A stretch of 59,997 bases of DNA, counting the filler, from Hausera hauseri (taxonomy: Eukaryota), in the NCBI GenBank assembly GCA_046269625.1. It is 10 parts of 10 records of this genome, joined end to end, with 100 filler letters (N's around TTAATTAATTAA, not from the genome) between each part and the next. Parts side by side here need not be neighbours in the genome. Positions count along the whole stretch, not along the records: positions 31,213 to 41,614 come from JBJURY010192193.1; positions 41,715 to 45,765 come from JBJURY010793313.1; positions 45,866 to 51,107 come from JBJURY010301167.1; 7 more parts are not named here. One strand, given 5' to 3'. Below the pieces are notes generated by a model. The model worked only from the letters and a program-made list of their open reading frames with translations. It did no database searches and had not been told where the DNA came from. A program made the translations under genes and the position numbers. Of the stretch, positions 35,901 to 47,264 are shown piece by piece (position 1 is the stretch's first letter; each line of letters opens with the position of its first letter).

Positions 35901-37030
35901 GAACGTATGCAGGTGCCACCGGAATTTGGTGGTATGCATCATGTAGATCATTGCAGGAAATGATGGTCGAACCATGGAGCCTGTGAAGGATGTCGTTGAT
36001 TAATGGTAGAGGGTAAGCATCCATTGTTGTTGTGGTGTTAAGTTGGCGGTAATGGCCGCATGGGTGAAAGGTGCCATCCTTTTTTTGGAACCACATGCAA
36101 TGGTGAAGGGATTTGGATCTTCTGATTATGCCTGATTTTTCAATGTCGAGAAACTCAGCGTCCACTTCCTGTCTACGTCGAGGCGATAGCGGGCGGATCT
36201 TTTGCCGGATTGGTCGTTGATGTGCAGTTACTATGTGATGTAAGGTGGATTGAGGTGATACAAATGATTTGTCCTTTTGCAACAGACTCGAGCAGGAGGA
36301 CGAAATGTATTGTTGTAAATCAGAAGGCAAAGATGACAAATTATCCAATGGAGTCGATGCATCATGACTGGATGCAGTTGAGGTATGAGTTATAGACGCG
36401 GTGTTGTGACTTGGTGGTATTTGGTGCAGGATGTTCGTGTTGAAGATGGTGTTGGCAGTTGTGCTATGAGTAATACGTGCCAAGCAGTTAGTAATATCGC
36501 ATTTGTTACCGAAATAAAAATTTCTATATAATAAATGATTATAAAAATAATTCAAAACGGTAGTCGATTTCTTTAGTATTGACTTACTGGACGCGATCGC
36601 CGGGGTGGTCATTGAAATTCTGCTGATTTGATTAAGATTATCTCCGCTTTTTAAGGACCATTGTTTGCAATCTACAAGTAAATTTTAGTGGGACAGAAAG
36701 TCTGAACCCAATATAGGTGTGCGTACATTGGCTATTGTAAATTTCCATGTGAATATGTTTGTGAAGTGTGGGAGGGTGAATGTTAATGTGGTAACTCCAA
36801 AGATTGGTAAAGGTTCACCGGAAGCAGTGAAAAGTTGCTTTTGTGAAGTGTAATTGTGTTGTATGTGTATGTGTTGTGTTGGTGGCAGCAGAGAGATAAG
36901 AAAGTTTATTTTTTGTTTTGTTGGAGTGATGACTGCTGCTTCCAACGTGAAAACAGCAAAGGAAATGTGTCGGCTGTGTTTTTGCAGGTTGTTGCCTTTG
37001 CTAGGACTTGCCGTGTGTCCTAGCGGAGAA
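32960..37030 (-). pseudogene. pol: Element C pol (PR-RT-RH-IN plus Ser/Pro-rich tail)
   Basis: ORFs 36685-36945, 35785-36612, 35627-35854, 35052-35660, 34727-34963 and 33159-33593, plus a hand-translated integrase core at about 33850-34650. Confidence 0.92.
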
Positions 37031-37041
37031 ATCAGTTTTTT
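36968..37041 (-). promoter_or_regulatory. -1 ribosomal frameshift signal (A AAA AAC plus stem-loop or pseudoknot) between gag and pol of element C
   Basis: ccA AAA AAC tga in the gag frame, then a 10-nt spacer and a perfect 8-bp stem GCTAGGAC/GTCCTAGC. The -1 frame is open into the protease ORF 36685-36945. Confidence 0.85.
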
Positions 37042-38105
37042 GGAGCTGATGAGTTTGGCCTACTATTTTGTGTGAACTTATTAGTGTTGGTCTTATTGTG
37101 TGTGCTGCAGGTACAGCCAGGTAGGCATTTTTGCGCTTTTGTGCCAAATTTTGAGTGGTAGATGCAAACGATGTTGCTTATATTAAAACCAGGGGAATAA
37201 AATTTACAACCGATGCAGCATTTCTGGGCATTGTTGCCAAATTTGTTATGATAATAGCAAATTAATGACCGCGCGGACGACGGTGACCGACTTTGACGTT
37301 GATTAAACGCATTAGGAGAAGCAGGCCTAGAAAAACCCCGTCAAGATGGTGTTAATGCGTTTAGTTTGTCGTTAACATTGTTGATTGTTTTTTGTAATGT
37401 TTCATTTTCTGTGCGAAATTGCGCAATTTGTTGCTGCAGCATTGCATTTTGTTGTTGCTGATCTGTTGTCAATGCTGCAGAGACAGTCGGTGCTGCATGT
37501 GAGTGCAGTACTTCGTGTGCCTTGTCTGCCAGTTCGGCTAGCTTGTCAAGTGCCGTGGAGTCTTTAACCACAGTTAGCAAAGCTCTTATTTGAAGGGGCA
37601 ATGCATTTAAGAAATACAGACGAAGAAGCTCGGGACTGTGTTCAGAGGTTACGCCAAGGGTATTGAGGTGAGAGAAGGATGTGCGTAGGAATTCAGAAGG
37701 CTTTTGAGGGCCCATGGCGTTGTTGTTAAAGAACCTTTGAATGATTTAATCGATTGAAGGTTCAGTAAGCGTGAGTACGGCATTATAAAGTTGTGTATAT
37801 GGGTCAGCATGCTGAAGCATGTCGATTATACTGGTGATTTTAGTTTTAATGGAAGCTGGTAAGTGAAAAGGGGCTGTAGGCTTTGGCTAGAGTCGACGAT
37901 ATTTTCCTATTTGAGCCAAAATTGGTGCAGTTTTGGCCAAGTTTGAGTAGAGTTTTGACTGTCGAGAAAATATTCGGTGCAGGGTGAATGCGTAAGGAGT
38001 GTGTGTTGTTTTGAAGTGTTTAAAACGCTGTTTGGGTAAATGGATGACGGGGATCTGCGGCCTGGTAAGTTTATCCGTGGTGTCAGCTGCGGATGACGAG
38101 TCCAT
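37032..38105 (-). pseudogene. gag: Element C gag with two tandem CHCC zinc motifs
   Basis: KPSEFLR...FLNALPLQIRALL...LDKLAELADK; ICYYHNKFGNNAQKCCIGC and VCIYHSKFGTKAQKCLPGC. Confidence 0.88.
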
Positions 38106-38425
38106 TCCACCACGGATACGGAAATGAATGTGAATGTAGATGTGGGTTTAGGATGATCGTAGAGTTTCAGCGAAGGGTACTAGAGATCCATTGTATGTGA
38201 GCTAGAAATCAGAGGAGTGGAGTAAGGTAGAGATAAAGGTGTAAATGGCTGCAGTATGTAAGTGTAATGCTGTGTGTATGGACATGTTTATTATTTAAAA
38301 AAAGAAGATGGAGTAGGGAGAGGTGGTATGCCCGGGGCGTGTTGTGGGGCGGCAACAAACGGTGTCGTCTGACCCAATGGCGCATGGTGGACGGTCTGGA
38401 GCTCAACCTCGACGCGGCGGGTCCC

Positions 38426-38442
38426 ACACGTCGGGGTAGCCG
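38426..38442 (-). promoter_or_regulatory. Degenerate tRNA-Trp primer-binding-site-like sequence
   Basis: CGGCTACCCCGACGTGT versus the tRNA-Trp PBS TGGTGACCCCGACGTGA (11-nt exact core). CsRn1-clade elements prime with tRNA-Trp. Confidence 0.5.
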
Positions 38443-38459
38443 AATTCCCTGTACGTAAT

Positions 38460-41000
38460 GCTTCTCCATTGGTCACTCCATGTTTACTATGCAGCAGGTC
38501 CATTTTACAGACCAGTGGCGAATTGTTTTCATTATCCATTCGCACTGGATTTGTCTCAACAATTACGGCAATGTTTAGTTCAATACTCAATAAAATAATT
38601 TTCCCATCAAGACTAAATTATGTACAATTTGCACGAATTGTTATTTCCTCGGCCCATAAATTAGGTCGTCTATCGAGTTTATATGTAGCATCGGTAAAGA
38701 GTATTTGAAAATATTTGTCATCACTTTTTGATATGTTGATTTTTATTTTGCACCCTTCGAGTTTTAACTTCATGATTTGAAAAACAGAATAATGTGAAAA
38801 AATGCCGTCTGCCAAGTTCTGGCAAACGTCAAATGTTTGATTGGATTCCAGTTGGACCGACATGGTCTTATCAAACGTATATTGCAACAATGGACTCGAC
38901 AAATGCAGATGTACACTTTGCAAGTTCATCAAAAACCCATCATTGGTGAAAGTGCCGTCTTCAATCGATACATTTTATAACAAATGAACAAGTGTGTTGG
39001 GTCCTAAATTATAATGGAGCAGTTGGCCAAACCATGAAATCAGTTGGAGCTTTATGATAGTGTTTGATAAGGAACACGTGAAGATATTCATAGAGGTCAG
39101 AGGTTTCATTTTCGGTAAAAAGAGTGGCGCACAAAATCCGCTGATGAAGACACCGTACGTGATCTATGTAGTGATGAATAATGTCTGGAAAAGTCGAGAA
39201 TCATTACGGCTGCCAATGGAATACGTGGCAAAATTGACAGAGTATTTATAAACGAATGTCTCTCCGGGCGATATAAAGTCTGCACCGGATCTTTCCAAAT
39301 TCCCAAGGCATTGGAAACTGTCGGCTTTTCGCCAAGAAAAGTGTCATTCAATAAATGTTTGGAAAAATCGTAAAAATACATCAGCAAATTATCAGAACTC
39401 CTGTCTTCCCTTAACTTGTCAATAAATCAATCACTAACACGGGCAGAACATCCGAATATTTCCGTGTCTAGATCGCCATGTGAAAGGCAATTGGACAAAT
39501 GAACCGTGCAATAAGGCTGTGTTAACTCTCTCTTATTCACAATAAAGAAACAAGTTTGATTGATGATTGATGTCTGCACCAACTCTAAGTAAATACCGTG
39601 TAAGTTAGGAACTGAATTTTTACAACGCTAAAAACAGTTACAGATGTAAATAAAAAGATTTCTCTCATTCACATTAAATTCAGCTGGATAACCGTCATTT
39701 TGGAACATTGCAGTATTAACATCACGATAATGTGACTCATAAAAAGGCATATCAAAAAAATAGTTGCTGAACAAATCGCACATGATTATAATAATTACCC
39801 CACCGGATTTTCCTCTGCTGGATACTAGACTTTTCTCGGATACTCTCTTTTCAAACAATTGTTTATGTTCGGTTTCCCACGGAGAAGCAAAGCAATTGTA
39901 TTCCGTTTTTATTTCATCACGAGGCGTTGTATTTTTCATTTTGGATTCCTGTTGGATTGCCATCCATGCCGCAAAAGAGCATGGGTCAAATAATTTCCGC
40001 AGCTGAAGCACGATTAAATGTATTTCAGTGGTGAGATCGATTAGTTGTGATAAACTCTGGTAACGATGGAGTTGATTGGGGAAATCGTGTATTTTCAAAC
40101 TGGACAAATGTTCGAACGGTGCTCTGGCCGTATATATTGGCACGATCAATGTTCGGTTGAAGAATGTTAATCGTTTTTTACTATCAAAATAGTAAAAAGA
40201 ATTTATTTGATGGACATTTTTTATTGTACAATCCTGTATGGAGTGTGCTGGAATTGGAAGTGTCGGGAATTACATCCATCGTGTCATAGAAAAGAAAATT
40301 AGAATGTTCAAATGTGTAACGAAATCCGTTCGTATTTTCCATTGAGCTTTTCTGGGATTGTTTTTGATTCTTTATACTACGTTTAATAAGCTTTGTACTT
40401 ATAAAACAACACGAAATTCTTAAAATTGATTCAATGTCATAGTCGCGTATTGACAGAATGATAGGAATATTTTCAGCAGCACAAATACATGTTGAGAACA
40501 CCATACATGTTTTACATTCTTTTATATTTTTAAATAATAGAGAAATCTTTGAGTCTACTACTGGCATTCTGGCAATTTGGAGAATAGCAAAATTTTTCAA
40601 GATTCTTAATTCACATTTGATTTTTTTGCGTAGAACATTGTATAATTCACTGATTGTCAAATTAGGAAAATATATTTTCAAAAATACCATGCATAGTGAA
40701 TGTAATTGCTGCAAAGTTTGTGTCATCAAAATCGTTCGGCATTGAGCATCTGGCATTTTCTGCATATCGAGTGGTTTCTTTGGTATCTGACACCAATTGT
40801 GAGGTTTGTTTGGTAAAATATCCACCAATAGAGAATAAACGGTTTGAGGTTTAAGTCCAAAATAATGTCAGCGATTGATAATAAAATTCCACTATAAAAA
40901 GAGTAAAATCCAATTTCAAATCACAAGTTTAAGAATTTGATCCCAGGGAAATATAGGATAACGTTCTAAGCTTAAATCCATAATGTAAAAAAATGGCTAA
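38460..41000 (-). pseudogene. Unidentified long degraded intronless coding sequence (right flank of element C)
   Basis: Successive minus-strand ORFs 40184-40828, 39628-40149, 39106-39387, 38618-38932 and 38460-38590. No recognisable motif. Confidence 0.4.
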
Positions 41001-41714
41001 TGGCAAGAATAAAATTTCAAAAGCGTGAAACTCATGTTTTATTTCAAATTAAAACTAAATTTCTTTTTATCACAGATTACGTCATTGTAAAATTTACGGT
41101 TTCGTTAATTGAACGAGAGATTCGCAGATCAAATCATGAAAAACCATTTCAAAATCTGACGATACTCGACCAAGAAAGGTGTACATAAAAATTTGGAAAT
41201 CAAATTGGTGCATAAAACAACAAGTGAAAAGTTGCAAATAATTTCAATGTTTGATAAAGTCTGTTGAAATACATGCACAAAATTGTATCATGAAATTACG
41301 GACAATAAACATCAACCAAAGTGATATTATACAAAGTAGGAAATGTTTCCAATTAAAAAAAATCTGTCAAAGGACACGAAATGTATCGAGAGATTATAAT
41401 GTAAAAGTTTCCGATTACGCTTGCTGACCTGGGAATCTGCAGAATGTTCGAATATGTAGATTTTATTGACAATGATCTAATTTACTAAACGTTCTCAAGA
41501 CTAAATTTGACCAAGCTGGATAGAAAATCAGAATACATTGACCGTACCAATTATAAATTGCAACAGTGATTTCTGGACTGAGTTTGAAACAACGTTATCG
41601 GCAAAATGAATACANNNNNNNNNNNNNNNNNNNNNNNNNNNNNNNNNNNNNNNNNNNNTTAATTAATTAANNNNNNNNNNNNNNNNNNNNNNNNNNNNNN
41701 NNNNNNNNNNNNNN

Positions 41715-42847
41715 CGTATCTAACGATACACGAACGGACTCAATCGGTCTGTTGTTAGCTGACCTGTTGTACATTATTGGAAATTTGCCGGAAAAACCTC
41801 AACTGTTCCAGAACCAGCATATTCTTTGCCTTGCCGCCAGAAGGGTTGGCCGAACATGCTATATATCATTCGAATCGCGCTGCCATACCAAGGTCAACTG
41901 TGTAAAGAAACCCACAATACGGATTTTCGTTCCGACTCAATGCCCAGAAAACCTCAAAAGTGCTCAAGTGCTCACTGCTCAAACTTGGAGATTCTGAGAA
42001 CCATGATCATTGCACCGTTCGATTCGTCTTCATATCACCGTTCCAACGCTATGCGGATCAATTCATTATCCACTACCTTTCCGGAGTTATAGCCATTTTT
42101 CCGTTTTTTCCCTTTAAATCACTCTAGCGCACAATTGATTTGTGCTCAAACTACCCGTTGGACTGAATCCATTCACATACCTGTCGATAGATCACACCGA
42201 ATACTACTCGATGGAATCGATAAAGGCCTCGCGTGACGTGAGGATTTTGAGCAGTGCTCATTTCAAGCTTATTTTTTTGCTCAGTTTTCTGCTCATAACT
42301 CCGGACCATACACATCAATCACGTCATTTTGTGGTTTATCCGACGCCGCTCATTGAGACCAATCGAATGACACCAAAATGGACTCCATACGACGCCTACG
42401 GTTGAGATATTGACTTTCCGGTCATTTTCATCGAAAAACCGAAACTGTTCCAGAACCGTCAAGATATCCTGAAAGGTTATCCCTACAATCCTTATATCAT
42501 TCGAACCGCACTGATGCGCCTAGGTCAACCGTGATGAGAAAATTGCGATACACTTCAGTCCGACGCAATTCCTTAAAAACCACTTTTTCTTTTAGGTCAA
42601 TTTCTTAGTGCCCTTACGGGATTTTCGCAATTTTTCAAAGCCGAACACATGAGGACACCGCTGCTGCGCAACTTTTGCGTTATTTCCTGCCCGGAAATTG
42701 CACAACGTCCGGTGAAAATTGCGTTACATTGTGCAAATTTTACCGAAAGTGACGCAAATTTACACCGGAAGTTGCGCAATTTTCAAACCGGAAGTTACGC
42801 AATTCTGGGGGGAGGGGTCTGTGCCAAAACCGGCAATTTTACACTAC
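41715..42847. mobile_element. Non-coding interspersed repeat (probable non-autonomous DNA element) truncating gypsy element D
   Basis: Internal diverged duplication (about 41780-41950 vs 42425-42580), short CCGGAArTTrCGCAA subrepeats, and a 3' end shared with 51208-51313. Confidence 0.65.
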
Positions 42848-45446
42848 TCAAACAACATGAGCATCTCCGAATTATTATCCACAGATTGCATAAAATCAAC
42901 CTTCAAATTAATTTCTCCAAATGTAATTTCCAGAAACACGTCAACTTCGTAGGCCACATAATTACTCCCGATGGTCATTCTATCCAGCCTGATCGCTTAC
43001 AACAATTACCAGTGACTACCACCGACATGGGGAGTTATCTAGGGACACTACATTTCGTACACAAATACGTGCCACACTGCTCCGAACTAACGGAACCTTT
43101 CGCACACCTGTCATCCGGGAAGAAAAGACAACTAATCCACTGGAATCCTGATCTAATAAACCAATTTGATTGCTTTCATGAAGGTCTAAAGCCGTTGAAA
43201 TCTTGGCTTTTCCAAAACCCAACGAGGAACTCATACTAACCAGTGACGCCTCCACCACAGCCACTGGTGCGATATTACACCAAATATACAATGGTGTCGA
43301 TGAGCTGTTAGAATTCTATTCCCGAAAACAGAAAGTCTATACTCAACATTCGACCGTGAGCTCTTAGCCATTGTTCTGGCGGTAAAGCATTTCAAGCATT
43401 TGTTTCTATCACGTCAATTTTTCATCGAAACCGATCATAGGCCTCTGGTGTATATTATGACGTTAAAACAGTCACCACCCAGACAAGAACGACAAATATC
43501 ATACCTGTCGACATTTAGCTTTTCTATGAAATATATTTCAGGCACCGAAAATTTGGTAGATTTTCTGTCGCGGTCGGTCAGCTCAATTACAGTTCAGAAA
43601 AATTTCTCTGAAATCCTGAAAAGTAATCAGCCATCATCTTATATTCTCCAACCTTCTAAATCTGTTGAGATCATCGATGGCATCGCCTACGATACATCCA
43701 GCTCGACTAATAAAAAATTATTTATGCTCCTTCGTCACAAAAGACACCCTTCACTCTTTTTCAGTCTTTATCATCCAGGTTCGAAGGCCACATTTCGCTT
43801 ACCGCGACGCCACGTTGTTTGGCCAACTATGTGTACGGATGTACACGTCTGGGTTAAGGAATGCGCAGCATGTCAGCAATATAAGGCCCATAAACACCTC
43901 CAACCACCACTTTACCACTTCCCTTGTACATCTCGTTTCGACACCGTTCACTTGGATCTTGTCGATCCTTTACCATCCGATAACGGTTATCAATACATCT
44001 TATCTATCATGGACCGCGCTTCTCGCTGGCCTTAAGCTATTCCTCTTCGATCAATTAATACTGATTCAGTAGCAGATGCCTTTATTTAAATATGGACCAG
44101 ACGCTTTGGTTCACCACGTCACATTATAACGAACCATGGTCCGCCGTTTGAAGCTGATCTTTTTAAATCTCTGGTAAAGCACTTGGGGATAGCCCATTTA
44201 CACACAAAACCGTACTATCCTAAAACAAATGGCCTTCTTGAAAGATTTCATCGCACCATGAAAATTTCCTTAAAAATCTTGGCAAACAATCATCACAATT
44301 GGACCTCCATTCTTTCTCTTGTCTTACTCGGTTGGTGTAACACGGCTTCCACTACCACAGGTTGTGCTTCAGCCGAAGCTCTCTTTGAGACACCAATTTG
44401 TGCCCGATGTGAGCTTTCCGACCTCGATGAAGGTCGGTCAGATGTAGTTATTCGTGCGGCACAGTCACACTTTGTCGATGTCAGCTCAAACGCCTTTTGT
44501 CGCCTTATATAAAGACAAATCGTATATTCCGGAGGACCTATACTCAGCCAAGTTTGTATGGCTGAAGGATTAGTCGCCTTCTGGTTTTCGGCCTCAGTAC
44601 ATTGGTCCTTATAGACTAAATCTTTTTTCGTACACCTTTACTATTTTAGGTAAGGACAAACCTCAAAATGTACACGTTTCCAATCTTAAGCCAGCATTCT
44701 TTGTTGACGATGACCAGGATAACAACTCTGTTTCAAATCCCAACTCTATCTTTTCTCCTATCAAGCCATCATCTAATTTCCTCGATGATTTTGCTCCGTT
44801 GCAGCAATCACTCGTGTCACAATCAATTCTTTTCACTTCCTTCATTGTCCACTGCTCCTTCATTACCTACTTCGCCGTCATCGCCTGTATATCCACTACT
44901 CATTTCACCTTCATTGCGCCATTCGCTTCCATCTCTAGTCTCGCCTTCTTCGCCTGATTCCCTTCCCTTTTCAGCTTCTCCACTTTCACCTCTTCACAAA
45001 ACATTCTCCCAAAATACTGCAAAATCTACAACATCTCTCCCTCAAACAACTCCACAAGCACCAGCAACATCTAGCAGGTCACGCCAAGTGACATTAGTAC
45101 TTACAGTAGGGAGAAATTTATAGATAGAATCCAACGTCTGACACATACCAAAACCGAATAGGTATAAGCTTTTCCTTTTCTTGTGATATCCTACGTTTAT
45201 TTTTTTCTTTATAGTCTTCATTTTGCCACGGGGAGTAATGTAGTGCCTGTAATGTCCATAAATAAGTCTGTAATGTCTGTTGTGGTAAACATTTTAATTG
45301 TACTGGGGGCGTTAACTGATCAGTGAGGAAATTTTCCCACCGTGTATAAAAGACAAATATGTTTGTAAAGGATAATGTTTTGTGTAAGTTGTTAAAATGT
45401 TGTGATAAATAAATTGTTAATGGAAACGCCGATGAATTTCACTATA
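42848..45446 (+). mobile_element. Ty3/gypsy element D (sister of C): end of RT, RNase H, IN, Ser/Pro tail, PPT and 3' LTR
   Basis: HEHLRII..LQINFSKC, LSSGKKRQLIHW, ETDHRPL, RQERQI, HLDLVDPLP, YPKTNGLLERFHRTMK. Confidence 0.93.
45239..45446 (+). repeat. 3' LTR of element D (about 208 bp) preceded by a polypurine tract
   Basis: GGGGAGTAA then TGTAGTG ... TATAAAA ... AATAAA ... CACTATA (near-inverted termini). Confidence 0.75.
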
Positions 45447-46744
45447 GATGTGATTTATCTGCGAGGAGCTCTACAAGACACGTGCGTGTTTCTCATGAAA
45501 ACTTTCAAAGTAATAGTGTTCCGGATATCATTTTATCGGTCAGTTGCGTATCTTGTGGATATTTCTTCAGTGTATTACCAACACCACAACTTGTTTTATA
45601 ATATTTCCAAGTTCGGTGAATATTGGTCCAGTATTTTTTATATCACAACGGTTTCAAAGCAAAACTTTAATTATGAGTAATCTGCGTATTATGGTAAATC
45701 GTCAGAGAACTTTGTGTGATATTGACTTTTAATACAATACAGTGTTGCTCTGGCACGTAAATAGTNNNNNNNNNNNNNNNNNNNNNNNNNNNNNNNNNNN
45801 NNNNNNNNNTTAATTAATTAANNNNNNNNNNNNNNNNNNNNNNNNNNNNNNNNNNNNNNNNNNNNTTAGCCACTTTTTAACCCTTCCGCTGTCTGTCTTT
45901 GAGGGGTCGATGTGAACCCACTCATATTTGGTCGGGTGGTGGGGTCCTCCTGACCCCCACCTGATCAAGCTGTGGTTGCGGGGGCAAAGGTGGGGTCGTC
46001 ATGTGGTATTTTTGGGTGGCATGGCTGGCTCCAAGAGACAGCAATGACTTTAACTTGCTAGCTGCATTAGGATTCAGGAACCTTACAGTATATGAATCTG
46101 ACAGTACCCTCCAAAGTTCATGGCCATGGCTACAAGCTAACTCACTGACTGAGAGGGGGATGAGTGTGCTTCAAATCTTCATGAGACAGTGTTCCAGAAT
46201 AAAATGCAACACATTTCTATTTTTAGCTTCAACTAGGAAGGTGCTACAGCTCTGAAAGTTTGAGCCTTATATTAACCTGTGATCCAAAAGCCTAATAATC
46301 TAAGATCTAAGTGCCCAATATTAACCTTTAACCTACATTTTATCTCATAACCTGAGATTGAGAAGCCTACAACTAAACCTGACATGTGATTCAAGACGTT
46401 AACTTAAAACTGGTAATACTTAAACCTAAAATCAACCACTGCCTCTTAAATCTACATGTAACCTGACAAACACTAAAATTAACCTGGTGAGTACAAGATC
46501 AAATATTAACCACTTAATCATAAATTAATGTCTGACCAGAACAAAAAATCCTAAAAATAAACCCAGACCGCCACATAATCCTAAAATTAACCCTGGAATG
46601 GGAGAGTGACGCATGGTTCTGAGATAGGACTGGATTGACAGTTCTGGGGGATCCTTACAGTCCATGGACTGTGCATGTAGGGTCCTAATGCAAAAGGCAT
46701 CTTTCCTTCCCAAACTTAACCAGAATATACTGGTTTGGCCTGAA

Positions 46745-47140
46745 AACATGATGACCTGTGGAGTTTGATTTTCTTGTGTTTTCTAACCAATGAAGTGATG
46801 AACCTAAATTATTGTACAACACATGTGAAAGACAAACTCACAAGTCAAACTATCTGAGAACTAGTCACATTTGCACGCTTCCAAATGTAGATTATTTTTC
46901 AACTGTCATAAATGCACATTTGGAAGATGGAAGTGGTTTGTAAGTCCACTTTGGACCAATGTAGAAGGGTGGAACCAAGACATCTTAACTGCATGCCAAA
47001 GAGTCATTATCATACATAAAGTGTACTTGTTTAGCCTTTACTGGTCTGACCTCCTGACATGCCAACATGAGGACCTGAGGAAGTTTGCTTTCTTAGTTTT
47101 TTTTACTAGTAGTTTGATGACCCTAAAGTGCTGTGAATAA
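46745..47140 (+). repeat. Diverged tandem repeat units (about 310 bp), resuming at 49655-49900
   Basis: GTCAAACTATCTGAGAACTAG...GTAAGTCCACTTTGGACCAATGTAGAAGG at about 46820-46968 and 49750-49898. TTTGATGACCCTAAAGTGCTGT at about 47113 and 49726. Confidence 0.7.
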
Positions 47141-47264
47141 AACTTTATTTCACACAACTCAAATATTCTTATGAAAATGGAGAAAAATAGTAAACAGGTG
47201 CCTGGTTCTGAAGAATACAAAAAAATAGAACCAGCACTGCAAAAATATTTTGATTTTAATGAAG

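Larger units (their letters stand above)
32801..38453 (-). mobile_element. Ty3/gypsy element C (CsRn1/Kabuki-like clade), complete but degraded gag-pol, with GC-rich termini instead of recognisable LTRs
   Basis: gag with CHCC motifs, PR, RT (YIDD), RNase H (FLTTDAS), IN (SDQGPQF, YHPQSNGLLERFHR, YVGP) and a long Ser/Pro tail. Confidence 0.93.
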
